64,000 nucleotides of DNA, from assembly GCA_016710365.1 (NCBI GenBank), contig JADJVW010000029.1, forward strand, positions 18,962 to 82,961, written 5' to 3'. A program made the translations under genes and the position numbers. The stretch is from Candidatus Caldilinea saccharophila. GTDB lineage: Bacteria; Chloroflexota; Anaerolineae; Caldilineales; Caldilineaceae. The notes below the pieces were generated by a model that made no database searches, was not told where the DNA came from, and saw nothing but the letters and a program-made list of their open reading frames with translations. This document shows, in pieces, positions 34,200 through 45,438 of this stretch. Within the stretch, counting starts at the first letter, position 1. Each line of letters starts with the position of its first letter.

Positions 34200-34496
34200 C
34201 TACGCAACAGTCAACTCGGCAATCTCTGACAGTTGATCTCGAATCGTAGTCTCAGCCCTCTTCAAATCATAACTTGCTTGGAGATTAAGCCAATACTGCG
34301 GCGACTGCCCGAACGCACGTCCAAACCGCAGAGCCAGTTCCGCGGTCACCGGGCGCATTCCGTTCACCACGTGCGATATGCGCATAGGAGAAACACCAAT
34401 GGCGCGCGCAAAACGTGCTTGAGAAAGGTCAAGCTCTTGTAATATCTCCGCCAAAAACTCACCGGGATGAATAGCAGGCAATCCTTGATTGATCAT
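34200..34496 (-). CDS. higA: HigA/VapI antitoxin
   Basis: PAIHPGEFLAEIL, RPVTAELALRFGRAFG.SPQYWLNLQASYDL. Confidence 0.93.
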   Translation of the reverse strand: MINQGLPAIHPGEFLAEILQELDLSQARFARAIGVSPMRISHVVNGMRPVTAELALRFGRAFGQSPQYWLNLQASYDLKRAETTIRDQLSEIAELTVA

Positions 34497-34518
34497 GCGC
34501 ACCTTTCTTCCACCCTGT

Positions 34519-34800
34519 TTAATGATAGTCGACGATTTCAACGTCAAACGCGTCACCATCTTCGAAGCGAAAACAGATACGCCACTGGATGTTGATCCGA
34601 ATACTCCACTGTCCACTGCGGTCGTCTTTTAGCGCCTCCAGCCGGTTTGAAGGCGGCAGGCGTAGATCCTCAGTGCGTGTGGCTGCATCTAACTGCATAA
34701 GCCGCATTGCCGCGCGCTTTTGGACGTCGCCTGGAAAATGGCGCGATTTGCCGGTCCTATAGAACGCTTCAGTTTCTTTGTCAGCGAATGACCGGATCAT
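34519..34800 (-). CDS. higB: HigB (RelE-like, plasmid killer type) toxin
   Basis: MIRSFADKETE, DLRLPPSNRLEALK.DRSGQWSIRIN.QWRICFRF, VEIVDYH. Confidence 0.95.
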   Translation of the reverse strand: MIRSFADKETEAFYRTGKSRHFPGDVQKRAAMRLMQLDAATRTEDLRLPPSNRLEALKDDRSGQWSIRINIQWRICFRFEDGDAFDVEIVDYH

Positions 34801-35216
34801 GAATCAATTGTAAACAAAACGGTTAGGAGCGTCAACTTTCTCCGAACTCGACGCTATGACGCTTTGCTCATGATCGCCAGTTTTAGAGGACGCCAGCCCA
34901 GCAGCTTGCATTCGCAACGCTCTCCTCAGTCGTGACAACTCTCCGTCTTCACGTGGCGCAGCAGCAGGGGCCGTCCGAATAGAGCAATGAGCACCAACAG
35001 GTCGAGAAAAACGAGCGCCAGGGGATCGGTTTCGAGTAAACGAACAATCAGAGCAACTGCAGAATTCATGCGAAATTCGTAGAAATTCTTGCTGATTTCC
35101 TGGAAATTCACAATAGGAATTTTGGATGCTTGCCTGGCTGATTACGAAGAGACGGCAAACGAGGAGACTCATGAAGGCCAACACAGATAATGCGCCAACT
35201 TGCTCTGCGTCAAAGG

Positions 35217-36233
35217 CTATTTTCCAACCGCGGCGAGCCGATAGGCCAGCTCAATCGTGCCGCTGGGCGCAAAATTGGACTGCAAATAGACAAGCGCCTG
35301 TTGTCGATCTTGCTCACCGTCATTCGATAAAAAGATTTGCTCACAGTTCAGGGCGATATCTTCGATAATCCGTTCGTAGCGATAGTAGGCGAGCGCGCTA
35401 GCGTTCACTTGCGTCTGACCATAGCCACGATAGAACAGGCGCATTTCTTCCTCCAGGCTCTGTCCCCTGCCGCCTAATCCGCAGCCCACGAACATCAGGT
35501 CGCGTTCTTTGGGGGCAAAAATCAGTGTGTCCCAGTCGACGATATAGAGCGAACCGTGGAGATCCAGCAGGAGATTCCAGCCGTGAATATCGCCATGACA
35601 CAGAATAAAGTCCGGCGTCTGCGTCTGGAGCCGCTGCGAAAGCCGCCCGGCGCGTTGCACCAGAGCCAGAATGACGCTGCGCCTGGCCTGCAAAAAGTCG
35701 CTCAGCGCCGCGGCCAGCGCGTCGTGGCGACTTCTCCGTGCGGGGTCCTCGACGAACGCGCGGGCAAGGTCACGCCAGCGCGGCGCAAACGTTTCGCGTG
35801 GCGTCCCGCGCGTCAACGCCGCCGGAAACACCGCGGTATGAAAACGCTTCAGCGCGGCGCCGAACTCGACCCGCTGCTGCGCGGATAGAGGAACTTCAAA
35901 TCCATTGCGCCCCTCTACGAAGGGATAGAGGATCAGGGTGTAAGGCGCCAGCGTTGCCCAGAGCTCTCCTGTCTGCGTTGGCAGAGGTGTGATGATCTGC
36001 TTCATCCCACTGTCGCTCAGAAATTTAGGGACCGCAACCGACGCCTCCACAAAGACGCCGCGCCGTAATTTCAAAAAGTACGGCGCGGCGTCGTCCGCAA
36101 CCACGCGATAGACGGCGGTGTCCGCATCCGCGCCGAGGGGCAAAAATGTAAGCGAAACAGCCTGCAAACTATATTCACTTTGTAGACGCGCAAGTACGTT
36201 TGCATCTTCAATATCAGGTGGTTTTTCCAGCAT
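35217..36233 (-). CDS. Aminoglycoside phosphotransferase family kinase (APH(9)/spectinomycin-like)
   Basis: FLPLGAD, YFLKLRRG, LYPFVEG, LCHGDIHGWN, IVDWD..FAPKERDL. Confidence 0.85.
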   Translation of the reverse strand: MLEKPPDIEDANVLARLQSEYSLQAVSLTFLPLGADADTAVYRVVADDAAPYFLKLRRGVFVEASVAVPKFLSDSGMKQIITPLPTQTGELWATLAPYTLILYPFVEGRNGFEVPLSAQQRVEFGAALKRFHTAVFPAALTRGTPRETFAPRWRDLARAFVEDPARRSRHDALAAALSDFLQARRSVILALVQRAGRLSQRLQTQTPDFILCHGDIHGWNLLLDLHGSLYIVDWDTLIFAPKERDLMFVGCGLGGRGQSLEEEMRLFYRGYGQTQVNASALAYYRYERIIEDIALNCEQIFLSNDGEQDRQQALVYLQSNFAPSGTIELAYRLAAVGK

Positions 36234-36352
36234 TGGCAGTGGAGAACTTTTTCTTACAGCAACACGAGTTATTTAAGATGATGCGGCGCAGCAAGAGCAA
36301 AACGTCGCCTCCGCTCAAACCAAGCCGCCTCAAGTGCACATTTTGTCAGCAA

Positions 36353-36868
36353 TCATCCTTTGTGGTCGTGCCTCGACTCCTGATACAGGAACACACTGAT
36401 CGCCAGCACGACGACCCCGATCGCCAACCCAATCCACAGAATGTCCAGCCCACTTTGCCATTGGACTACCTGGGTCAGAAAGATCACGCTCAGCACGGTG
36501 ACTACCATCCCGGTGAGGCGCTTCTCCAGGTCGTTGACGCTGTGCGCTTCAAGCCAGGGTGGCAACCGGTCAATTGGGCCGACAAAGAGTTGGTAAAGCC
36601 CCAACGCAATGATCAGCAGGACGACGGCCACCAAGAACGTATCGACCGATTCAATCAGTGCGATCTTGAATGCCTCGCTCAAATGTGGTTCGCCCAGCGC
36701 TTCGATGGCCGCAAAGATCGCTGAAAACAATTCCACCGAGCCGATCACCAACAAAAGCGCAGAGCCAAGAAAAGTGCCAAATACCGCAATCAGGGCGATG
36801 TAACGCGTCCATCCGATCATGCGCAAGACGGGGCTTCTTTGCGGCGCGTCTGGAGTTGAGTTGGACAT
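36353..36868 (-). CDS. YqhA (UPF0114) membrane protein
   Basis: IESVDTFL...ALGLYQLF, WL...SVNDLEKRL; 4 TM. Confidence 0.85.
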   Translation of the reverse strand: MSNSTPDAPQRSPVLRMIGWTRYIALIAVFGTFLGSALLLVIGSVELFSAIFAAIEALGEPHLSEAFKIALIESVDTFLVAVVLLIIALGLYQLFVGPIDRLPPWLEAHSVNDLEKRLTGMVVTVLSVIFLTQVVQWQSGLDILWIGLAIGVVVLAISVFLYQESRHDHKG

Positions 36869-36880
36869 CAGGTTTCCTCG

Positions 36881-37297
36881 TCAGCGTCCAAATGCCGCAC
36901 GCACGTGCGGGCGCATCAAATAAAACAGGATGCCGCCCGGAATCAACAGCCCGAACGCGCCGCAACAAAAGACGAAAAGGCCACCGCCAAACATGCCGAT
37001 CAGCCCTTGTACAAAGGTCAACAGCGCGCCCAACACCGCCAGCAGCCATGCCCAGCGGCGCATGCCGAGCAAGCCAAACGCCACGATCAGTTGCACCATC
37101 GCGCTGATCACGCCGATGATGCCCGACCAGGTGTTGCCTCCGCCGAACGCGCGCAGGTCTTCGGCGCTGAACAGCGCGCCGGTCAGCCAACTCAGCCCGC
37201 CCACGCCAAAGATGAGCAGGCTCCAGATGACTGAAACGACAGCCAGCACCAGGTAGATGACAGCCAGAAGCGTTATGCCGGTGGGACGTTGCTGCAC
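36881..37297 (-). CDS. Small integral membrane protein
   Basis: RPTGITLLA..., GLLGMRRWAW, YLMRPHVRAAF; 4 TM. Confidence 0.75.
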   Translation of the reverse strand: MQQRPTGITLLAVIYLVLAVVSVIWSLLIFGVGGLSWLTGALFSAEDLRAFGGGNTWSGIIGVISAMVQLIVAFGLLGMRRWAWLLAVLGALLTFVQGLIGMFGGGLFVFCCGAFGLLIPGGILFYLMRPHVRAAFGR

Positions 37298-37863
37298 AGG
37301 ATGCTCCTCTTGATGAGTATGGGGTGAAAATGACTTGGATGTTAACTACAACGGGGTCGAGACCGTCGTCAAGTATAAAACGCTGTCGATCATTGCGCAA
37401 CCACATGGACGTCGGAAGCGCGCCCCAGATTGTTGGCAAACATGTCCCCGACGCTGGTCAAGCACTTTCAAACGGCCGCTTGCGGCTAACCAGCGCTGGA
37501 GACATAAATCTCCCGATGAGTGAAGGTAACTTCTCAAAGTCTCAAAACCTGCTCTATTGACTTTGTGTCATGGTGTAGAATATACTTAAGATAGCTTCGC
37601 ACCGCCATTTCCCGACTCATCCCGATCCCGAATCCTGAAGAGGAAACTGAAATGCCCCCATTCCATCACAGTGCATTGCCTCGGTTACTCCGTTGCACCA
37701 TATCTTCTTGCCACCTATCTTTTGAAAGCGGCGCGGTGCTAAACCCCGCAAAACACCAACTTTCGGCTTACTAATTTGACTGCTGCGCTTTTCACGACTG
37801 GCGACTGCTCGGAGCGGAGTACATCGCTTTGCGTGCAGGATCTATCAAAGGAGAAAGACCTAT

Positions 37864-40566
37864 ATGCTCGCTTCAATTTCCGCATCAGCAAGGAAGTCCG
37901 GTGTTCTGAGGTTTGCGCTTGCCGTAACTGTTTTTGTTGGACTTGCCATCGCCAGTACAGGCAATTTGATCGCCCAGACGGAGCCTGTTTCACCCCCTGC
38001 TCCGGAAAGGATTGCACCAGATACAAGCAGTGATTCGCAATCTGCGTCTCCAATCGATTATGTGGCGCCTTCGGCAACCGACGTGCAACTCTGCCAGATC
38101 GACCTGGTGTTCGTCGCCGATGGCTCTGGGAGTATCAGCTCTGCTGATTTCCTCCAGATCAAGCAGTTCATTCGCACTTTCATAGGCAACATCAACGTTG
38201 GAGCGCAAGGGACAAAAGCAGCTCTGGTGCAATTCAGCAGCGAAGGCGACGGGAGAGTCGAGCAGACGCTGACGGACAACGCGACGACCATCAATGCCGC
38301 CATCAACAACATGGTGCAACTTAACGGCAACACCGATATTCAGGAGGGCATCCAGCTTGCCGCAGCCGAATTGCAAGCACGTGGCCGGCCCAACACGCCG
38401 CGCGTCATCGTGCTATTGACCGACGGCGAGCATAATCAGCCAGGCGACCCTGTGCTTGAATCGACAAATTTCAAGCAAGCCGGCGGATACGTATTTACGA
38501 TCGCGGTAGGTTCAGCTGTTAATAGAAACGAACTGATCCGCATCTCTTCCCAGCCTTACACGCGCTATCTATATGATGTCACCGATGCGAACAGCTTGTC
38601 GGCGATCCTGAACTCGTTGTCTGAGAACGTATGCAGTTGCGCCGAGAGTGAGTCGAACCATGAGAGGGTCACCCGCGTTGCGGATGGGTTGTGTCTGCGC
38701 GTGATCGACGATACTATCTACATCGGCGCCGCCAATCTTGCCAATGCAGACGTTCGCCTCAAACTGGCCTACGAGTTTGATGACTTGAGTCAGGGGTTGT
38801 TCACAAAACGATCTTTGAAGGAGCATGTTTTCAGCGATGCGGACCTGACCAGCCTTACCTGTCTGCCCAGTCTCGCCTTCCCGTTCACACCTGGTCTGGT
38901 TTGTATATCCACCCCCACCCAATATTACTTCGCCATCAACGGGAACGCGCACGCCAGCCAGTTTTCAAACCCGGATCGGCCATCGCATGACTCTATTCTG
39001 GCAATTGGCGGTCAGTTGTACACCGACACTGGCGTCGGTGCGCCTGAGAAACCGAGAGCAAGTTTCTTCACGTTCTCTGGTCTGGTAGGCGCCATCCACC
39101 GTGCCTACACCACCACGGCTGCGCCAGCGCCAAGCTATCAAATCCCTGCCGCAGCGGATGCGCCCAGCAGCGAATATGCACAAGCACGCACCTATGTCGC
39201 CCAACAGACTGCGGCAAAGCCCTTTGCGGTCGGGTACAATCTGTCCATCCTTGACACCACCGCTACGCCGCCCCTGTTGGGGAATGTCAGTTTCGCTGAC
39301 CAGAATGAAGAACTCACAGCGATAGGTATTTCGTCTGACGGCAAGACAGTCTACCTGGCGGCGGCAAAGACCGGAGTTGGGCCGCAGGTGTTGGCTCAAA
39401 AGCTGGCTGCGCTCGGAGCAGTGCGCGCCATCCTGCTGGACGGCAACTCCTCGACTCAGTTTGCCAGCTTTCGCGAGAATTTCTCGGCCTTCTACCCATT
39501 CAGTATTCCGTCATTTGTACGTCCCATCCTGAACGGTGTGGTTGCGTACAGCACGGCGTCAAACGCCGAAGCATCCATCACGATTGCAGGCACAGCAGAC
39601 CCGCTCGTGCTGGCGCCAAACACCACAGTTGATTTGGCTGGCAGTGGGTTGGCGGCGGGCACCGTTCTCACACAACGCCCGATTCTGCTTGGCGGCCCAG
39701 GGACGATCAACGCCACCACACCATTCTCCGTGCCACAAGCCACCGCCCCGCTCATGGATTCCGGCATCGCCTACGTGACCTATGCGCAGAATCCATCCGG
39801 CCAGGTCATTCAGCCGCAAGCCAGTTACGGTTTGATCGCAAATTATGATCTGGTGGACTTCTCGGCGGGAACATATCCGTGCATGTTGGGCATCTATTTT
39901 TGGGATGGCGTCCAGTGGAAGCGGGAACCGACCAGCCGGGTCAATCCACAACAGCGGGCGATTGTTGCCCAACCCGCTCAGTTTGGTGTATGGGCCATTC
40001 TGACTGACCCGGCGGCTACCTGCGCGTATTTGCCGATGATTCAGCAATCTCCGCCGCCTACACCTACGGCGACGCCTGTACCACCTACGATGATAAGCAT
40101 CGCAACAAATAGCCAGAATAGCTACCAGCTGCAAAGTTCGGATGCTGGCGAAGGCCTATCCGCTGGTAAGCGGGTCTACACAGATCGGAGCTACCAATAC
40201 CAGAATGTCCCCAGCTTACTTCAGGGGCGTTCGTACATACTTACCTCGAACAACGACTCAGTCAAGTATGATCTGGTGTTAACAGTCACTGTGAATAAGC
40301 CGATAAAGCTGTATGTTGCACACACGGACCGCCAAACACCGAAGCCATCGTGGCTGAACACATTCCAGGACACCGGGGAAAACCTGACCTTCGTGGACCG
40401 CAGCGGCAACACAGTCGTGCTTAGCGTGTTTTCAGCTTCATTTCCAGCGGGGACTGTAACGCTAGGTGCTAATACACCGCCAAACGGAGAGGATCACAGT
40501 ATGTACACAGTGGCGCTGGAGGTGCTTGAAACAACAACCTCAGCTAACACGAACTTGTCCAATTAA
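37864..40566 (+). CDS. Secreted vWA-domain multidomain protein
   Basis: Signal peptide; vWA DLVFVADGSGS (MIDAS), T, LLTDG; LGAVRAILLDGNSST (phosphodiester glycosidase-like); YLPMI motif; PT linker. Confidence 0.8.
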   Translation: MLASISASARKSGVLRFALAVTVFVGLAIASTGNLIAQTEPVSPPAPERIAPDTSSDSQSASPIDYVAPSATDVQLCQIDLVFVADGSGSISSADFLQIKQFIRTFIGNINVGAQGTKAALVQFSSEGDGRVEQTLTDNATTINAAINNMVQLNGNTDIQEGIQLAAAELQARGRPNTPRVIVLLTDGEHNQPGDPVLESTNFKQAGGYVFTIAVGSAVNRNELIRISSQPYTRYLYDVTDANSLSAILNSLSENVCSCAESESNHERVTRVADGLCLRVIDDTIYIGAANLANADVRLKLAYEFDDLSQGLFTKRSLKEHVFSDADLTSLTCLPSLAFPFTPGLVCISTPTQYYFAINGNAHASQFSNPDRPSHDSILAIGGQLYTDTGVGAPEKPRASFFTFSGLVGAIHRAYTTTAAPAPSYQIPAAADAPSSEYAQARTYVAQQTAAKPFAVGYNLSILDTTATPPLLGNVSFADQNEELTAIGISSDGKTVYLAAAKTGVGPQVLAQKLAALGAVRAILLDGNSSTQFASFRENFSAFYPFSIPSFVRPILNGVVAYSTASNAEASITIAGTADPLVLAPNTTVDLAGSGLAAGTVLTQRPILLGGPGTINATTPFSVPQATAPLMDSGIAYVTYAQNPSGQVIQPQASYGLIANYDLVDFSAGTYPCMLGIYFWDGVQWKREPTSRVNPQQRAIVAQPAQFGVWAILTDPAATCAYLPMIQQSPPPTPTATPVPPTMISIATNSQNSYQLQSSDAGEGLSAGKRVYTDRSYQYQNVPSLLQGRSYILTSNNDSVKYDLVLTVTVNKPIKLYVAHTDRQTPKPSWLNTFQDTGENLTFVDRSGNTVVLSVFSASFPAGTVTLGANTPPNGEDHSMYTVALEVLETTTSANTNLSN

Positions 40567-40601
40567 TCATCGCAACTAGGTCAAGCCCGAGATCCAAGCT
40601 G

Positions 40602-40629
40602 GCGGGGGCGTCTACGCAAACGCCCCCGC
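40602..40629. terminator. GC hairpin between convergent genes
   Basis: GCGGGGGCGT-8 nt-ACGCCCCCGC. Confidence 0.6.
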
Positions 40630-40706
40630 TTCCTTTGGTGGGGAACGAGAATGCATCGAAACGCATCACTCTACAACTGCAAAGGCAGAGATGCCTGAAC
40701 CCACAA

Positions 40707-43202
40707 TCAGCGTGAGCGGGCGCAGCGGAAACCGACATAGCCACTCCAGTTAGCGGGAACGCCGCCGCTTCGAAAAGCAGAACGCAGAAAGCTACCATCA
40801 AAATCCCACGAGCCGCCTCGCATGACCCGATGTGTGCCTGTTGCTGGCCCTGGTGGGTTGCTACCTGGCGATATTTCGTAGTAGCCGGCCATATACCAAT
40901 CATTCACCCACTCCCACACATTCCCCGCCATGTCCATCACGGCATCGGGGCTAGCGCCGCTCAAATAGGACCCCACCCGGCTGGCGTCACCTACGCAACC
41001 GCCGGCTTCCCCCCAGTAATTTGCCTTCGTACAGGCGGGAGCGCTGTCCCCCCACGGATACTTGCGCGTATCGCTGCCGCCCCGTGCTGCTCGCTCCCAT
41101 TCCGCTTCGGTCGGCAGCCGCTTGCCTGCCCATGCGCAGAACGCTGCCGCCTGCTGCCACGTCACGTTGATCACTGGGTAATCGGCGTAGATGGGATTGC
41201 CGTAGTAGGATGGCCGGGTGTGCGAGCCAGGCGCCTGAGGAGCCGTGCATCCGCCCGCATCCACGCACGACTTATAGCGAGCATTGGTCACTTCGTACTT
41301 GTCGATGGCATACGCGTTCAGGTAGACAGTATGCAGAGGCTGCTCATACACCTGCCAGGCATTGGCGGTGCAGCCGTTCTCTGCCGGGTTGCTGCTGTCG
41401 CAGCCCATCTGGAAGGCGCCGGCGGGGATCAACTTTTCCTCAGCAGAATCGAGGCTGAAGGGCAATACATGAATTGTCAATGCTTGCGAAGCACTGTACT
41501 GAAACCATCCAACTCTTGCCTGCGTCTGAAACAAAATTGTATAACTTCTACCACCGTCACTGGTTTGCGGTATCCATGTAAACAGACCATTAGAGGAACT
41601 GCTCCCAGAAGGCAAAGAGCTTGCACTAACGCTGTTACCCAATTCATAGTGATCCGCAAAAAGCTCCTCAACCTGATGTATTGCCGTGACGGGAATGCTA
41701 ATCTGCTCGCCTACAGAGACTGTAATCTCGTCTACTGGCTTCATCTTCCGATATTGCTGTAGTGGTGTGATGAACGCGCCCTCCTCCCACCAGGGAATGA
41801 TATCTGCACCGGCTTTATCATAGGCATCTTCCACCAGTCCGACACAGCTATAGCAGTCGTAGCCCCAAACGTCGCGAAGCAGATTGCCCTGCCCAATTGC
41901 CAGATAGCCGCTGCCGAGCTTTATCGCTGCATTATCACGCGCTAATTCCGCTTGCGCATCAGTAGCGTTAGGGTTACGCATGGCGCCCATGAAGAACCCA
42001 CAACTACTTTTGATGAAATCCGCATAACTCAACCCACGTACTCCTGAATCATTTCTCTCTGTGCAATTTATTGCTCCGTCTACCCCGTCTACGAAGCGAT
42101 TCGACTCGATCACCTCCCCTTCAAGATCAATGCCAAGCGGCGAATCAACCGTCTCGGAAAAGATTCCTGTATGTCCGGGGAACCAGATTGCTGTGCCGTT
42201 ACAGCCATTGTTGGGCTTGCTTGCATTGTAATGACCATCCATCCGCACCAACACATGTCCAGGTTTTAGAAATTGTGCCGGGAGTTCCATAACGAGGTAA
42301 AGCGGGTCGCTAACCCATGCCACACGTACGGAAAAGTGTTCGGTTTGCACTGCGACTGTGTTCTGTTGTTTGTCCTGTACCAGTATCTGCTGTGGCTCCC
42401 ATTCTCCGTTTTGTTCGTTATAAGCCACTACCCTCAGCAATTCCTCAACGTATTGACCCGTATCCCCATAGTGGATTGTCAAAGTAGCCGGCTGGCTGAA
42501 TGATAGACCAGATGGCTCAAGCAAAACCATCAGCATCCCATCATCTACCATCGTCACCCCACTGATCGGCTCACCAACTGAGATGACAGTATCTTGCGCC
42601 AGCGCGCCTGGTGGAATATCGAGCTTGCTAATGCCGACTTGAATCGCACCCCCGCGCGCTGCCTCTATATAGACGGTGCTAACCAACGTGTCGCTCACCA
42701 CGGTCACGATGCCTGCTGCGCCGTCTATGTGGTTTGTGTAATATGGAAACTGACCTGTCTCAGCAAAGCTCCGACCATATCGGCTGCCCGGCGCAATCGG
42801 ATCGCTGAGCCAGTCGTCCACGGCTGGCTGCTCCGGTTCGGCAGATTGCTCTGCAGTGGCTGTTTGACCGCCGGGTCTTGCTATCATTGGCAGGTAAAGC
42901 TGGCCGTCGGTTGACTGGCTCGCAATAGGTCGGTTCGACACACGGAGCGGCGCCGTGGTGCTGTTCACCCAGAAAACCTGCGCCCCCACCGTCACCGTGA
43001 TGTTGGCTGGCAGCGCGCCTGCGTCTGTCACCTTTACCTCGCCCGATGGAATCTCAAACACACCGCTGCTGGTGACGATTGACCCGGATGGTGGACCGGC
43101 ATCGGCGTTGGCGTCTTGCCCTCGTGAGATTGCGACGACGCTTAAGAACAGAAGCAGCACGATCGCTGTTGTCCCTGTAAAACGGTGCATTCGATTTGAC
43201 AT
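40707..43202 (-). CDS. Secreted multidomain protein: cupredoxin-like, ZU5-like, permuted papain-like, FGE-sulfatase/C-type lectin
   Basis: Signal peptide; LYLPMI; [24 protein letters not shown]; GHTGI...YSCVGLV..AY..AG; [40 protein letters not shown]. Confidence 0.82.
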   Translation of the reverse strand: MSNRMHRFTGTTAIVLLLFLSVVAISRGQDANADAGPPSGSIVTSSGVFEIPSGEVKVTDAGALPANITVTVGAQVFWVNSTTAPLRVSNRPIASQSTDGQLYLPMIARPGGQTATAEQSAEPEQPAVDDWLSDPIAPGSRYGRSFAETGQFPYYTNHIDGAAGIVTVVSDTLVSTVYIEAARGGAIQVGISKLDIPPGALAQDTVISVGEPISGVTMVDDGMLMVLLEPSGLSFSQPATLTIHYGDTGQYVEELLRVVAYNEQNGEWEPQQILVQDKQQNTVAVQTEHFSVRVAWVSDPLYLVMELPAQFLKPGHVLVRMDGHYNASKPNNGCNGTAIWFPGHTGIFSETVDSPLGIDLEGEVIESNRFVDGVDGAINCTERNDSGVRGLSYADFIKSSCGFFMGAMRNPNATDAQAELARDNAAIKLGSGYLAIGQGNLLRDVWGYDCYSCVGLVEDAYDKAGADIIPWWEEGAFITPLQQYRKMKPVDEITVSVGEQISIPVTAIHQVEELFADHYELGNSVSASSLPSGSSSSNGLFTWIPQTSDGGRSYTILFQTQARVGWFQYSASQALTIHVLPFSLDSAEEKLIPAGAFQMGCDSSNPAENGCTANAWQVYEQPLHTVYLNAYAIDKYEVTNARYKSCVDAGGCTAPQAPGSHTRPSYYGNPIYADYPVINVTWQQAAAFCAWAGKRLPTEAEWERAARGGSDTRKYPWGDSAPACTKANYWGEAGGCVGDASRVGSYLSGASPDAVMDMAGNVWEWVNDWYMAGYYEISPGSNPPGPATGTHRVMRGGSWDFDGSFLRSAFRSGGVPANWSGYVGFRCARSR

Positions 43203-43777
43203 GCTTCACCTCTACGGTGGGAAACCAAGGAATCCGATTTCGAGCGGCGATATGAAAATGGTCGGCGGCGCAACTACACGGAGTCTCGTTGCTTTCGGCA
43301 CAAGGGCTATCCCTCTCCGGACACCCAAACGAGGCGCTTGGGTCGAGTTCATGCCAGTATACAGGTAGCCTACGCCGGGCGCAAGATTATACTCGACCCC
43401 AAAGTCAAGACCACGAAACGTCGAAAATAAGGTGGATCCGACCGCCACACGAATGGTGGTGAATTCCTGCTCCCGTCGTCCGTCGCCATCGCTGCGGAAC
43501 GAGGGGCGCCAGGGTGACTCGGTGACGGTCAAGGCTGGTGACCAGGAATTCGGCAGAGACAGAGTGGTGCGTCCCGTGCAGTGATCCAACGCCTGCCGTG
43601 TACAAGGATGGCTGCAACACGGCATTTGTGGCGTTTGTGCGAGGCCTTCATCTGGTCCAGCACCATGCCTGATTCATGACAGACTACCATCCTTTTTTAG
43701 TTGCACGTCTCTCCCACACGGTCTGTGCTATGATCAGGGTCTTATCATTATCAATTACACGCGAAAGGAATCCAGGC

Positions 43778-44793
43778 ATGAGTAAAATCCTACGGTGGGC
43801 GCTGCTTTCCACTGCCAACATCAATAAAGCGCTGATCGGGCCATTGCGCCAGTCGGCGCGCAGCGAGTTGGCGGCGGTTGCCAGCCGCGACGCCGCGCGC
43901 GCCCGCGCCTACGCCGACGAGCACGGCATCCCCCAGGCGTTCGGCAGCTACGAAGCCTTGCTCGCCGACCCAGACATCGACGCCGTCTATTTATCGTTGC
44001 CCAACGGTCTGCACGCCGAGTGGGCGATTAAAGCGATGCAGGCCGGCAAGCACGTGCTGTGCGAGAAGCCGCTGGTCGTGAGCATGGCGGAGTTTGCGCA
44101 AGTGGAGGCCGCGGCCCACGCCAACGGTGTGACGATCTTCGAAGCGTTTATGTACTTGCACCATCCGCAGACGCGGCGAGCGCTCGAGTTGGTGCGCAGC
44201 GGCCGGCTGGGCAAGCTGCACCTTATCAACAGTTGGTTCAATTTCCATTTGCCGCCAGCACGCGCCGCCAATGTGCGGCTCAAGGCCGATCTCACCGGCG
44301 GCTCGGCGTGGGATGTCGGCGTCTATCCTAACAGCCTGTCGATTGCAGCATTGGGCGAAGGCGCGCCGGTCGAGGTGTGGGCGCAGCAGACCATCGGCGA
44401 GAGCGGCGTCGATGTCGGCATGAGCGCGCAACTGCGCTTTGCCAGCGGTGCGGTGGCGCAGATCTCCTCCAGCTTCCGCACCCCCTTTCGCGAGGCCGCC
44501 TATCTGGTCGGGGAGCGCGGCATCCTGCATCTTCACGAACCATGGAAACCTGGCGTCACCGGCCAGGAGAGGGTGATGACGCTCACCGATCTCGACAGCC
44601 GCAGCGAACGGATCGTCACGCCCGCGGTCGATCCTTATCTGTGTGAGGTGCAGGCGATGAAGCCTGCGTGCTCGACAGCGCCGCGCCAGTGGTCACATTG
44701 CAGGACTCGCGCGACTTCCTGCAAAGTATGCTGGCGATCTACACTTCAGCGCGCACCGGCCAGGTGGTGCGTCCGGCCGAGTTGTCTGCATGA
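43778..44793 (+). CDS. Gfo/Idh/MocA oxidoreductase, frameshift near 44660
   Basis: LSTANI, DAVYLSLPNGLHAEW, GKHVLCEKP, GGSAWDVGVY; corrected stop overlaps next ATG. Confidence 0.9.
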
Positions 44794-45326
44794 ACCAGCC
44801 AGTGACGCTGCGCTCACTCCGTGCAACGGACGCGCCAATCATTGCGCGCGCCTTTACCGAGCAAGGCTGGAACAAGCTCGCGACGCAGTACATGGCTTAT
44901 CTGAGCCAGCAAGCAATGGGCGAACGTGATGTCCTGGTGGCGGAGCTGGAGGAAGAATTTGCTGGCTACGTCACCATTGTATGGGCGTCCGATTATCTGC
45001 CTTTTCGCGCCGCCGGCATCCCGGAGATCGTGGATCTCAACGTGCTGATCAAGCACCGGCGTCGGGGCGTGGCGACCGCGCTGCTGAATGAAGCCGAGGC
45101 GCGCATCGCGCCCCGCTCCCCGGTGGCTGGCATCGGGGTCGGCTTGACGGCGGACTACGGCGCCGCGCAAATCCTCTATGCAACGCGCGGCTATCGACCG
45201 GACGGGCGTGGGATTGCCGTGTGCGGCATTTCAGTGCGGCATGGCGACCAAGTTACAGTCAACGATGATCTGGCGCTTTATCTCACCAAACCGGTAAGCG
45301 ACAGCTTTTTCTCCCAGGTTCTATAG
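44790..45326 (+). CDS. GNAT N-acetyltransferase
   Basis: PEIVDLNVL.KHRRRGVATALL, GVGLTADYGAAQILY..RGY. Confidence 0.88.
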   Translation: MNQPVTLRSLRATDAPIIARAFTEQGWNKLATQYMAYLSQQAMGERDVLVAELEEEFAGYVTIVWASDYLPFRAAGIPEIVDLNVLIKHRRRGVATALLNEAEARIAPRSPVAGIGVGLTADYGAAQILYATRGYRPDGRGIAVCGISVRHGDQVTVNDDLALYLTKPVSDSFFSQVL

Positions 45327-45438
45327 GAACAAGCGTCCGTCGCTGTGCGTTACAGGGTGCAATTCAAGGCATAGGATCTGTAAACCTGGATTGACCAACC
45401 TCTTTTCAACCTGTTGTCCAACCTGAGATGGAGAAACC

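Noticed and set aside
34926-35111. Small hydrophobic ORF upstream of higB
   Set aside because: It could be a membrane peptide but has no SD or family motif
43212-43625. 137-aa minus-strand ORF upstream of the lectin gene
   Set aside because: No convincing start, SD or motif; it may be a gene remnant but cannot be supported
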